A stretch of 63,578 nucleotides of DNA, counting the filler, from a bacterium (GTDB lineage: Bacteria > JBBIVP01), in the NCBI GenBank assembly GCA_037439705.1. It is 3 parts of 3 records of this genome, joined end to end, with 100 filler letters (N's around TTAATTAATTAA, not from the genome) between each part and the next. Parts side by side here need not be neighbours in the genome. Positions count along the whole stretch, not along the records: positions 1 to 22,475 come from JBBIVP010000011.1; positions 22,576 to 44,685 come from JBBIVP010000012.1; 1 more part is not named here. One strand, written 5' to 3'. Position 1 is the stretch's first letter. Each line of letters starts with the position of its first letter. Under the pieces are notes generated by a model that was not told the origin of the DNA, made no database searches, and worked only from the letters and a program-made list of their open reading frames with translations. The position numbers and the translations under genes are program-made. Positions 19,174-29,237 of the stretch are shown one piece after another.

Positions 19174-21902
19174 GTTTTTTCTTAACAACTGCCCTTGCAG
19201 CGGAAACCCTCGCAATGGGAACCCTGAACGGCGAACAGCTCACATAATCAAGTCCTAATTTTTCACATATCTCTATGGACTCCGGGTCTCCACCGTGCTC
19301 ACCACATATTCCAATTTTCAAGTCCTTTCTCGTTGAGCGCCCCTTCTCAACCGCTATTCTCATCAACTCAGCCACTCCATTGGAATCTATTGTTTGGAAT
19401 GGGTCAATTTTAAGAATGTTCTCGGGCTTTTCCTCATACTCCCTTCCGCAGTGGGGACATTTCAATTCCTTTGTAAGTTCTGTTCCACAATACCTGCATT
19501 TGGTAGATGTGGTCATATAAACCTGAATAAATTTCCCTGCATCATCCCTTGAATATCCGTATGTCATCTGGGTAAGGTCATTTGTACCGAATGAGAAGAA
19601 TTCAGCGTATTTAGCAATTTTATCAGCCGCCAGTGCTGCCCTTGGAATTTCAATCATTGTTCCAATTTTAAACTTTACCTTACATTTTTTCTCTCTGAAT
19701 ACCTCTTTCGCAACCTCCTCTATAAGAAACCTCTGATGCTTCATTTCCTCTTCTGACCCTATAAGTGGGACCATTATTTCTGGAACTGGATTTGCTCCAT
19801 CTATGTAAAGCTGGCAGGCTGCTTCAAAAATAGCCCTAACCTGCATCCTCGTGATTTCCGGATAAACAATTCCGAGCCTGCATCCTCTCAACCCCAGCAT
19901 CGGATTGAATTCATAAAGTTCTTCAACCCTGTTTAAAATTTCCTCCTTTTCTTTAACAATTTTTGAATCACCTCCTGTATGCTTGAGTTCAGTAATTTCT
20001 CTTATAAGCTCTTCCCTTTTTGGTAGAAACTCATGAAGAGGAGGGTCAAGAAGCCTTATGGTAACAGGAAGTCCATCCATAATCCTCAAAATCTCATAAA
20101 AATCTTCTTTTTGAAAAGGAAGGAGCTGTGCAAGATATTTTTCCCTTTCAGAAGTATTACTTGCCATAATCATCTTCTGCATTATTTCTATTCTTCCTTC
20201 CTGAAAGAACATGTGCTCTGTTCTGCAAAGCCCAATTCCCTCTGCTCCAAATTTCCTCGCTTTTTCTGCGTCCTCCGGTGTATCAGCATTTGTCCGAACA
20301 CCGAGCCTCCTTATTGAATCACACCATTTCATAAATGTACCAAATTCATTAGTAATAGCCGGGGATTCAGTAGGAATCTCTCCAAGATATACTTCTCCTG
20401 TTTCACCATTTATAGAAATAAATGTCCCTTCCTCAAGAACATTGCCATCCACTACAAGCCGCTTTCTTATCTCGTCTATTACCATCTCTTTATTGCTTAC
20501 CGATTTAGCACCAACAACACAGGGTTTCCCCCTATGTCTTGCTACAACCGCTGCATGAGATGTTGCACCACCCTTTGCTGTAAGAATTCCCGTCGCTGCT
20601 TCCATTCCATGAATATCATCAGGAGAGGTCTCTTTTCTTACAAGAATTATTTTTTCGTTTTTTAAAGAAAGTTCAACAGCCCTTGCTGGGTCAAAAACTA
20701 TCTTTCCAACTGCGGCTCCAGGAGAGGCTCCGAGCCCTCTTGCTATGAGCTTAAAGTTTTTCTCAGCCCCTCTTTTGAACACCGGATGAAGAAGTTGATT
20801 TATCTCAGAAGGGTCTATCCTCATTATTGCCTCTTCTTTTGTTATGAGTTTTTCATTGACCATATCCACTGCCATTTTAACTGCAGCTTTTGCTGTCCTT
20901 TTACCAACCCTTGTCTGAAGAAGGTAAAGATTCCCTTTCTCTATAGTAAATTCTATATCCTGCATATCCTTATAGTGCTTTTCTAATTTTTCAGCAATTT
21001 TTGATAGTTTTGCATATGCGTTGGGAAGAGTTTTCTGTAATTCAGTTATGGGGAGCGGATCCCTTACTCCCGCCACTACATCCTCGCCCTGAGCATTTGG
21101 CAGGTATNNNNNNNNNNTCTCTTGTAAAACCGACACCTGTTGCTGAATCCTCTCCCATGTTCCCAAATACCATTGTCTGGATGTTCACTGCTGTTCCTAT
21201 ATCATCTGGAATTTTGTTTTGCTTCCTGTAAAATATGGCCCTTTCATTGTCCCATGAAAGGAAAACCGCTTCCACTGCCATTTTCAGCTGTGCATAAGGA
21301 TCCTGCGGAAATGTATGACCAGATCTCTTAATTATCCCTTTATATTCTTCAACTATATCCTCAAGGTCTGACGCAGGAAGGTCTATATCCCTCTTAACTC
21401 CCTTCTTCTCTTTAAAAAGTTTAAGCACATTTTCAAACTCCTCCTTTTCCACCCCGAGAACCACATCACCAAACATGGATATAAATCGCCTGTAGCAGTC
21501 ATAAGCGAACCTTTTATTATTTGTGCGCTCTGCAAGTCCCTTAACAGTTTCGTCGTTCAAACCGAGATTGAGAATTGTATCCATCATTCCGGGCATGGAA
21601 AAAGGTGCTCCTGAACGAACAGAAACAAGAAGTGGATTTTTGGGGTCCCCGAAGGTTTTCCCAACTATTCTTTCAAGCTTCTGCATCGCTTTCTGAATTC
21701 CCTTCCATATCTCGTTGGGAAGCTTCCTTTTATTTTTGTAAAAAAGTTTGCATGCCTCGGTGGTTATGGTAAAACCCGGTGGAACAGGAATTCCAAGACG
21801 AGCCATCTCTGCAAGATTGGCTCCCTTTCCACCAAGAAGCCATTTCATATCTGCCCTTCCTTCTGTCTGCTTTCCTCCAAAAAAGTATATGTAATTCTTC
21901 AT
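19148..21902 (-). CDS. ppdK: Pyruvate, phosphate dikinase (split only by N gap at 21108-21117)
   Basis: LLGGKGANLAEM, GGATSHAAVVAR, GIGLCRTEHMF, FSFGTNDLTQ, GICGEHGGDP. Confidence 0.96.
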
Positions 21903-22475
21903 CTATGAACCTCCTGTAAATTTTTTTGTTGGTATTTTATAAAAATCTGCTATCTTTCTGTATTGCTTAAGCACAAATTTTATAAGGGAAAGGCGATTTG
22001 TCCTTATCCTTTCATCCTCGCACATAACAAAAACCCTTTTGAAGAACCTGTCCAGAATATAAGAAATTTTTGCATAATAATCAAAAACTTTTTCAAATTC
22101 TTCCCTTTCTATAAGTTCGTCAAGTTTTGAATTCCAGTCAAAAGAGACTTTCCAGAGTTCTCTCTCTTCCTCCTTTTCAAAAAGTTCTTCAGATGGTTTC
22201 TCTGGTATCAATACACCTTTAGCACTATCAAGAATATTTTGAAGCCTTTTATAACCTGTAATTATTGCTTCAGCAGAATCAGGGCTTTTCTGAGAAAAGT
22301 TATAAAAAACATATATCTTTCTACTTACTCTCAAAAAATTTTCATCAACCTCAAGAAAAGCATCCACTATTTCCACAGGAATTCCATCTCCGATAAACAT
22401 GTATTTAAATCTTTCTCTTATATAATTGTATATTTCCTCAAGGAGCCCCGTTCCACCCAGGATTGAAAGGGATTT
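21903..22475 (-). CDS. glyS: Glycyl-tRNA synthetase beta subunit C-terminal (DALR) part, truncated by scaffold end
   Basis: KRLQNIL, LDRFF..VFVM..DERIRTNRLSL, IADF; glyS-ppdK order is common. Confidence 0.8.
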   Translation of the reverse strand, partial: KSLSILGGTGLLEEIYNYIRERFKYMFIGDGIPVEIVDAFLEVDENFLRVSRKIYVFYNFSQKSPDSAEAIITGYKRLQNILDSAKGVLIPEKPSEELFEKEEERELWKVSFDWNSKLDELIEREEFEKVFDYYAKISYILDRFFKRVFVMCEDERIRTNRLSLIKFVLKQYRKIADFYKIPTKKFTGGS

Positions 22476-22575
22476 NNNNNNNNNNNNNNNNNNNNNNNNN
22501 NNNNNNNNNNNNNNNNNNNTTAATTAATTAANNNNNNNNNNNNNNNNNNNNNNNNNNNNNNNNNNNNNNNNNNNN
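22476..22575. other. Artificial scaffold linker
   Basis: N-run containing TTAATTAATTAA (stops in all six frames) at 22520-22531. Confidence 0.97.
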
Positions 22576-23333
22576 GAAGGGAAGAAGAAGGATTGAAAAC
22601 AATCGTTCCAGAAGACCCGACTCAGCCATACGATATAGTGGAACTGATAAAACTCGTAGTGGATGAAGGAGAATTTCTTGAGGTTCATAAAGACTACGCT
22701 CAAAACATCGTTGTGGGATTTGCAAGGATGAACGGGTATCCTGTTGGAATTGTAGCGAATCAACCAGCAGTGCTTGCAGGATGTTTAGATGTTGATTCAT
22801 CCATAAAAGGGGCGAGATTCGTGAGATTTTGTGATTGTTTTAACATTCCCATCATTACCTTTGTAGATGTTCCAGGTTTTCTTCCCGGAACACATCAGGA
22901 GTGGAGCGGAATAATAAAACACGGAGCAAAGCTTCTCTACGCTTATTGTGAAGCAACGGTTCCCAAAATAACAATTATTACGAGAAAGGCTTACGGAGGA
23001 GCATACGATGTTATGAGTTCAAAACATATAAGAGGAGATATTAATTACGCCTATCCCACTGCTGAAATTGCTGTTATGGGACCTGAGGGAGCGGTAAACA
23101 TCATTTTCAGAAGACAGTTAGAAACCGAACAAAATCCAGAAGAATTGAGAAAGAAATTTATAGAAGACTACAGAGCAAAATTTGCGAATCCATGGAAAGC
23201 TGCTGAAATGGGATATATAGATGAAGTAATATATCCTGAAACAACACGATGGAAAATCATAACTGCTCTTGAAATGCTGAAAAACAAAAGATTGACAAAT
23301 CCACCTAAAAAACATGGGAACATCCCGCTGTAA
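22576..23333 (+). CDS. pccB: Propionyl/acyl-CoA carboxylase carboxyltransferase beta subunit, 5' truncated
   Basis: [33 protein letters not shown]. Confidence 0.92.
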
Positions 23334-24835
23334 AAAATTTAAAAAGTTATTAATAACAAACAGGGGAGAAATAGCAGTAAGAATTATGCGAGCTGCAAAA
23401 GAAATAGGAATAAAAACTGTTGCGGTTTACTCTGATTGTGACAGAAAGTCCCTTCATGTCCGGTATGCAGACGAGGCTTATCCCCTTTTCGGAAATACTT
23501 CAGAAGAAACCTATTTGAACATTGAAAAAATCATAACGATAGCCAAAAAAAACAGAGCAGAAGCAATTCATCCGGGATACGGATTTCTTGCCGAAAATGA
23601 AGAATTTGCCATAGAATGCGAAAAAAATGGAATAATATTTGTTGGACCATCTCCTGAAACCATGAAGAAAATGGGGGATAAAGTGGAGGCAAGAATAACA
23701 GCAAGAGAAAATAACATCCCAATAATTCCCGGCTCGGAGAACCCTGTTTCTGATGTGAATGAAGCAAAGAAATTTTCAAAAAAAATAGGCTTCCCAATTA
23801 TGTTGAAAGCAAGGGCAGGAGGCGGGGGTAAAGGTATGAGACTGGTTAACTCTGAAGATGAACTTGAGAGTGCTTTCAGACTTGCATCATCTGAAGCAAA
23901 AGCAGCATTTGGAGATCCCTCTCTTTATATTGAAAAGGCTATTCTAAAACCTCGACATGTGGAGGTTCAGATAATAGGAGATTCCTTTGGAAATGTGTTA
24001 CACCTGTGGGAGAGGGATTGCTCCATTCAGAGGAGACATCAAAAAATAGTGGAAGAAAGTCCATCTCCGGGCATAGATGATACTTTGAGGAAAAAAATCG
24101 TTGAATCAGCAGTAAAAATGGCAAAGGCAGTTGGATATGTAAATGCGGGAACAGTGGAATTTCTGGTTGAAGGTGAGAATTTTTACTTCCTTGAAGTAAA
24201 TGCAAGGCTTCAGGTTGAACACCCCATAACTGAACGGGTAACAGGCATAGACCTTGTTAAAAAACAGTTTCAGGTAGCATGGGGAGAAAGGTTTGATTTA
24301 AACCAGGAGGAAATAAAAAGGCTTGGACATGCTTTTGAATTCAGAATATATGCTGAAGACCCTTACAATAACTTTGCACCTTCTCCGGGATTAATCAGAG
24401 ATTTAAGACTGCCCGGGGGATTTGGAGTAAGGGTAGATACAGGAGTGTATCCAGGATATGAAGTTCCAATTTACTATGACCCAATCCTTATGAAGGTAAT
24501 AGTATGGGATGAAACAAGGGATAAAGCCCTCATAAAAGCAGAAAGAGCACTATCGGAATTACAGATAAGAGGAATTCAAACAAACATTCCTTTTCACCTA
24601 TGGCTTCTGAACCAGCGCACTTTTCGGGAAGGAAAATACTGGACAAAATTCATAGATGAAACCTTTAAAGGACTGGAAGAGAAAGAAGAGGATATTGAAA
24701 AATTTGTCATTTCTGCAACAATAAAATATATGGAAGAAACAGAAAGAAAAAAAATNNNNNNNNNNAGCTCAACAAACACAGAACATTTCAAAATGGAAAA
24801 TCGCAGGGAGGATGGAAGTTGTTAAACGCTTATGA
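23314..24835 (+). CDS. accC: Biotin carboxylase
   Basis: [39 protein letters not shown] gap at 24756-24765 shifts the frame, likely true end [15 protein letters not shown] at 24835. Confidence 0.93.
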
Positions 24836-25343
24836 AAAAAATGTTTATGTAAAAGTTGAAAGCAGAGAATTCCAACTCAAAGTGCAAAAAGAGAATGGAA
24901 AAATTGTTATCTTTATGGGAGATAGAAGAATTCTGGTAGATTATGAAAAAATAAATAAATATGTTTATAGCTTCATAATAGATGGAAAACCGTTTGAAGC
25001 AGAGATAGAAAAAGAAAATGAGGGATACAGGATATATGTAGGAAATGTTTCAAAAGATGTTTTTGTTTATGACCTGAAAAGATTTTCAATCACATCAAGA
25101 AAAGAGGTGGCGGAAAAAAGGGGAGAGCATATTATAAGAGCTCCAATGCCCGGAAAAATTGCAAAGATATTTGTTAAAGAAGGAGAACCTGTTAAAAAAT
25201 CCCAGCCAATTCTGACGATGGAAGCAATGAAAATGGAAAACGAAATAAGAAGTCCTGTGGACGGAAAGGTAAAAAAAATCTATGTAAGGTCAGCGGAGGT
25301 AGTAGAAAGCAAAGCGGAACTGGCTATAGTAATAGAAGAATGA
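24819..25343 (+). CDS. Biotin carboxyl carrier protein
   Basis: APMPGKI, EAMKMENE; TTG start 7 nt after GGAGG. Confidence 0.92.
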   Translation: MLNAYEKNVYVKVESREFQLKVQKENGKIVIFMGDRRILVDYEKINKYVYSFIIDGKPFEAEIEKENEGYRIYVGNVSKDVFVYDLKRFSITSRKEVAEKRGEHIIRAPMPGKIAKIFVKEGEPVKKSQPILTMEAMKMENEIRSPVDGKVKKIYVRSAEVVESKAELAIVIEE

Positions 25344-26656
25344 AAATTTACCATAATTTATTGAGTTTTGCTGGAATTTTCTTTTTTGCCTTTTTAGCGT
25401 GGCTTTTCTCAAAAAATCGCAGAAATCTCAACTGGAGGGCTATCTTCTGGGGAATTTCTCTGCAACTCATTTTCGCTTTTTTTATATTCTACTTTCCCTG
25501 GGGTGCCATCATATTTTCATGGATAAATTCGCTGGTAGTAAAACTTCTATCCTTTGCCACCGCTGGAACATATTTCGTGTTCGGGGTTCTTTCCATCTCT
25601 CCTGGACAGACAGGACCCTCCGGAGAAACTTCTATCGGATTCATTCTCGCCTTTCAAGCTCTTCCCCTGGTAATATTCTTCTCCGCCCTCATGTCCCTTC
25701 TTTATTACTTCGGAATTATGCAAAAAATAATAAAACTCTTCAGCTACATATTTACAAAACTTATGAAAGTGAGTGGAGCGGAATCACTTTGCACAGCAAG
25801 CAATATATTTGTCGGAATTGAATCTGCTTTCACGATAAGACCCTATATAGAAAAAATGACCCTTTCAGAACTCTGCACCGTCCTCACAGCGGGAATGGCA
25901 ACAATTGCATCAACGGTTATGGCTCTTTATGTGGGAATTTTGAAGGACACATTTCCCACCATAGCTGGACATCTTGTCTCTGCTTCCATCCTCAGCGCTC
26001 CAGCAGCCATTGTAATATCAAAACTCCTTTATCCTGAGGACGGAAAACCTCTCACTCTGGGTAAAGTTGTTGAAACCTACTATGAAAAACCTAAAAGCTG
26101 GGTTGAGGCTGTAATAATTGGTTCAAATGAGGGTGTAAAATTGTGTGTTGGAATTGTTGCCCTTCTTCTTTCATCCCTTGCCCTTTTAGCGATGTTAAAC
26201 TGGTTTGTTGGGGCTGTGGGAGACCTGGTGGGAACCATTTTGAATTTAAAACTTGAATTATCAATAGAAAAAATTCTTTCCTACATCTATTATCCAATAT
26301 CATTTATGCTCGGGATTCCTCTTAAAGACATTCCAGCTGTTTCCACACTCCTTGCAGAAAGAAACATTCTCACTGAACTGGTATCATATCAACACCTCAA
26401 TCAATACATTTCATCAGGAATCATCAGCGATCCGCGTACCATAGTAATAACCGTTTATTCTCTATGTGGATTTGCCCATATCGCGTCCCTTGCCATATTT
26501 GTTGGAGGACTTTCTGCTATCGCTCCGAGCAGAGCAAAAGATATTGCTGGGCTTGGTTTTAGGAGCTTATTTTCTGCCATTCTTGCCTGTCTTATGACAG
26601 GTGCAATTGCTGGCGCCCTTTATACACCTTTTCAACAACAAATTTTGTCAAAATAA
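25340..26656 (+). CDS. Concentrative nucleoside transporter (CNT/NupC family)
   Basis: AFQALPLVIFFSAL, SGAES, GMATIA, YSLCGFA. Confidence 0.92.
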   Translation: MKIYHNLLSFAGIFFFAFLAWLFSKNRRNLNWRAIFWGISLQLIFAFFIFYFPWGAIIFSWINSLVVKLLSFATAGTYFVFGVLSISPGQTGPSGETSIGFILAFQALPLVIFFSALMSLLYYFGIMQKIIKLFSYIFTKLMKVSGAESLCTASNIFVGIESAFTIRPYIEKMTLSELCTVLTAGMATIASTVMALYVGILKDTFPTIAGHLVSASILSAPAAIVISKLLYPEDGKPLTLGKVVETYYEKPKSWVEAVIIGSNEGVKLCVGIVALLLSSLALLAMLNWFVGAVGDLVGTILNLKLELSIEKILSYIYYPISFMLGIPLKDIPAVSTLLAERNILTELVSYQHLNQYISSGIISDPRTIVITVYSLCGFAHIASLAIFVGGLSAIAPSRAKDIAGLGFRSLFSAILACLMTGAIAGALYTPFQQQILSK

Positions 26657-26740
26657 AAATATGAAACTCCAAATTTTCTCCAGAACCCAAAATAACTGGG
26701 TTTTATTGAAATTTTCTCAAAGATATGAGAATTTTAGAAT

Positions 26741-26965
26741 GTGCAAGAAATAAGGAAGAAAAAGGTAATAATAGATATTGAAAGATGTAAAGGGTGTGAA
26801 CTCTGTGTTCATTATTGTCCAAAGAAATGTTTGAAAATAGGCGAAAAGTTCAACCAGAAAGGCTATTACTATGCTGTGTTTTTTGATGAAGAAAAGTGCA
26901 CTTCTTGTGCTATATGTTCCAATATGTGTCCGGATGTAGCTATTGAAGTGTGGAAGGAAGAATGA
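26741..26965 (+). CDS. 2x[4Fe-4S] ferredoxin, delta subunit of 2-oxoacid:ferredoxin oxidoreductase
   Basis: CKGCELCVHYCP and CTSCAICSNMCPD. Confidence 0.9.
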   Translation: MQEIRKKKVIIDIERCKGCELCVHYCPKKCLKIGEKFNQKGYYYAVFFDEEKCTSCAICSNMCPDVAIEVWKEE

Positions 26966-28065
26966 AAGAGCTGATAAAGGGGACAATTGCGGTTGCAAGG
27001 GGAGCGATAGATGCAGGATGTAGATTTTATTTCGGTTATCCTATAACCCCTCAAAACGAAATTCCTGAATATCTTTCAAGGGAACTCCCAAAGGTCGGAG
27101 GGGTTTTTATCCAAGCAGAAAGCGAAATAGCTTCAATAAACATGCTTATGGGAGCAGCAGCGACAGGAGCAAGGGCTATGACTTCATCGTCTGGACCCGG
27201 TATTTCCTTAAAACAGGAAGGAATATCCTATATAGCAGGAAGCGAAATTCCAGGAGTTATTGTGAACATATCAAGGTGTGGTCCGGGTCTGGGAGGTATT
27301 TCTCCTTCTCAGGGAGATTACTTTCAGGCAACAAGGGGAGGAGGACATGGGGACTACAGGGCAATTGTTCTTGCTCCTGCATCTGTTTCCGAGATGTATT
27401 ATCTGACAATAAAAGCCTTTGAATTAGCTGATAAATACAGAAATCCTGCTTTACTCCTTTCAGATGCAGCCCTGGGACAGATGAAAGAGTCAGTTGAGTT
27501 GATTCCACCTGAAATAAAAAAAATTGAAAAAAATTGGGCATTAACAGGAGCAAAAGGAAGAAAGCAAAGGGTTTTAAAAACACTTCATCTGGGAGAATTG
27601 GAACTTGAAAAAAAGATATGGAGGATTCACGAAAAATACGAAAAATTAAAGAAAGAAGATACTATGGTAGAAGAGTTTATGGTAGATGACGCGGAAGTAG
27701 TTGGTGTTGCTTTTGGGTTTGCAGCAAGGATATTGAAATCGGCCTGTGCGTCACTCCGGGAAGCGGGATATAAAGTTGGAATGATAAGACCTATAACCCT
27801 TTTCCCATTTACTGAAGAATCAATTAAAAAAGCATCTGAAAAATGTAAAAAGTTTCTCGTTGTTGAAATGAATACAGGTCAGATGGTTGAGGATGTGATG
27901 ATGTTTAACAAAAATGGGAAAGAAGTTTACTTTTATGGAAGAGCACCAGGGGTTGGCTCTATTCCATATCCAGAAGAAATAGAGGTTGTGATGAAATATC
28001 TCTGCGGTGAGAAAGTTCATTTTGAACCCATTCACCATCTTTCCTTCAGAAAGGTGGCAGGATGA
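26962..28065 (+). CDS. vorB: 2-oxoacid:ferredoxin oxidoreductase alpha subunit (VorB-like)
   Basis: YFGYPITPQ, QAESE, TSSSGPGISLKQE, GGGHGDY. Confidence 0.88.
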   Translation: MKELIKGTIAVARGAIDAGCRFYFGYPITPQNEIPEYLSRELPKVGGVFIQAESEIASINMLMGAAATGARAMTSSSGPGISLKQEGISYIAGSEIPGVIVNISRCGPGLGGISPSQGDYFQATRGGGHGDYRAIVLAPASVSEMYYLTIKAFELADKYRNPALLLSDAALGQMKESVELIPPEIKKIEKNWALTGAKGRKQRVLKTLHLGELELEKKIWRIHEKYEKLKKEDTMVEEFMVDDAEVVGVAFGFAARILKSACASLREAGYKVGMIRPITLFPFTEESIKKASEKCKKFLVVEMNTGQMVEDVMMFNKNGKEVYFYGRAPGVGSIPYPEEIEVVMKYLCGEKVHFEPIHHLSFRKVAG

Positions 28066-29237
28066 AGGATGTGGTAATCATAGGAGGAGGACCCGCAGGA
28101 GTAACCGCTTCACTCCTTTTCTCAAAAAAGGGGAAAAGCACTACTCTCATTACAACTAAATGGAATTTGGCTTTTTCATCCGGAGCATTTGACCTTTTTA
28201 TTCCTCCTTCTGAAAATCCATCCACTCCTGAGGAAGCGCTCTCCTCCCTTGTTAAAAATTATCCGGAACACATTCTTGTTAAAATTACAAATAAAAAAAG
28301 GGAAATTATCAGGGAAGGTATTGAGGCTATAAATTCAATATATCCGTTTTTTAAAATTGTAAAAGGAAATGAAAAATTTTACCATTATATCTCAGATATG
28401 GGTAATTCTAAAAAAAGCTGGGGAGCTTTAAAATGGGTGGCATCAATGGAAGAATTTGAAAATCTCAAAGAGAAAATCGTCGTTCTCCCTTCTAATTTCA
28501 TTGGAAGAAAGGCAAAACAGGTGGTGGAAATTATAAACTTGTGGACGCACTGTGATTTTCAACTTATTGAGGTAAAAGGCTCTCTTGAAAGCTATTATGA
28601 AACACTTAAAGACCCGGAAGTGAAAACTCTATTGATTTCTATCACAAAGGAAAGAAATGAAAATTTTCTCCTTCCCCCTATATTCTGTGGAGATTACGGA
28701 AAGCCAAAATTTGTGATGGAATTTCTTCCTACTTTTGAATCCCTCAACGGAATCTGGTTAAAAGATTCTGCTATTGAAATGATGACAAAAAATGGAGTGG
28801 AAATAATTGAGGAAGAAGTGATTGAACTGGAAATAAAAAACGGGAGGGTTATAAAGGCTATTACAGATACCGGAAGGGAGGTTAAAGGAGATGTATTTAT
28901 TATTTCTACGGGAAAATTTCTCGGTGGTGGAATGAATTTCAGAGGAGAAAGAATAAAAGACTGGCTCGGAAAATTTTTGACCACTTCAAAAACTTCAAAA
29001 GACCACAGCGTACTTCTTACAAATCCTCATCCGCTCCATTCACAGGGAATTTTTTCTATCGGGTTGAAAATAGATGAAAAAATGAGAGTATATATTGATG
29101 AAAACAAAAAGTTTGATAACCTTTTTGCATGTGGAATGATAATTTCAAATGTGGACCCGTTTTCGTGGTCCATGGGATTCGGATTTTCATCATTGACAGC
29201 ATATATCCTTTCAAAAAATATTGATGAATCCCAATAA
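28062..29237 (+). CDS. FAD-binding protein, GlpB-like
   Basis: IGGGPAG, FSSGAFD, STGKFLGGG, NLFACG. Confidence 0.65.
   Translation: MKDVVIIGGGPAGVTASLLFSKKGKSTTLITTKWNLAFSSGAFDLFIPPSENPSTPEEALSSLVKNYPEHILVKITNKKREIIREGIEAINSIYPFFKIVKGNEKFYHYISDMGNSKKSWGALKWVASMEEFENLKEKIVVLPSNFIGRKAKQVVEIINLWTHCDFQLIEVKGSLESYYETLKDPEVKTLLISITKERNENFLLPPIFCGDYGKPKFVMEFLPTFESLNGIWLKDSAIEMMTKNGVEIIEEEVIELEIKNGRVIKAITDTGREVKGDVFIISTGKFLGGGMNFRGERIKDWLGKFLTTSKTSKDHSVLLTNPHPLHSQGIFSIGLKIDEKMRVYIDENKKFDNLFACGMIISNVDPFSWSMGFGFSSLTAYILSKNIDESQ

Noticed and set aside
21042-21166. Apparent split or frameshifted ppdK, accC, MinD-like ATPase and MFS genes
   Set aside because: Each break coincides with an N gap of arbitrary length
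22476-22575. Palindromic TTAATTAATTAA within N runs (also 44686-44785)
   Set aside because: Artificial six-frame-stop contig linker; gene adjacency across it (e.g. mutase/ppdK with pccB) is not biological evidence
24819-24845. Possible homopolymer frameshift at the start of the biotin carrier gene (ATG-A7)
   Set aside because: An in-frame TTG at 24819 with GGAGG 7 nt upstream explains the ORF
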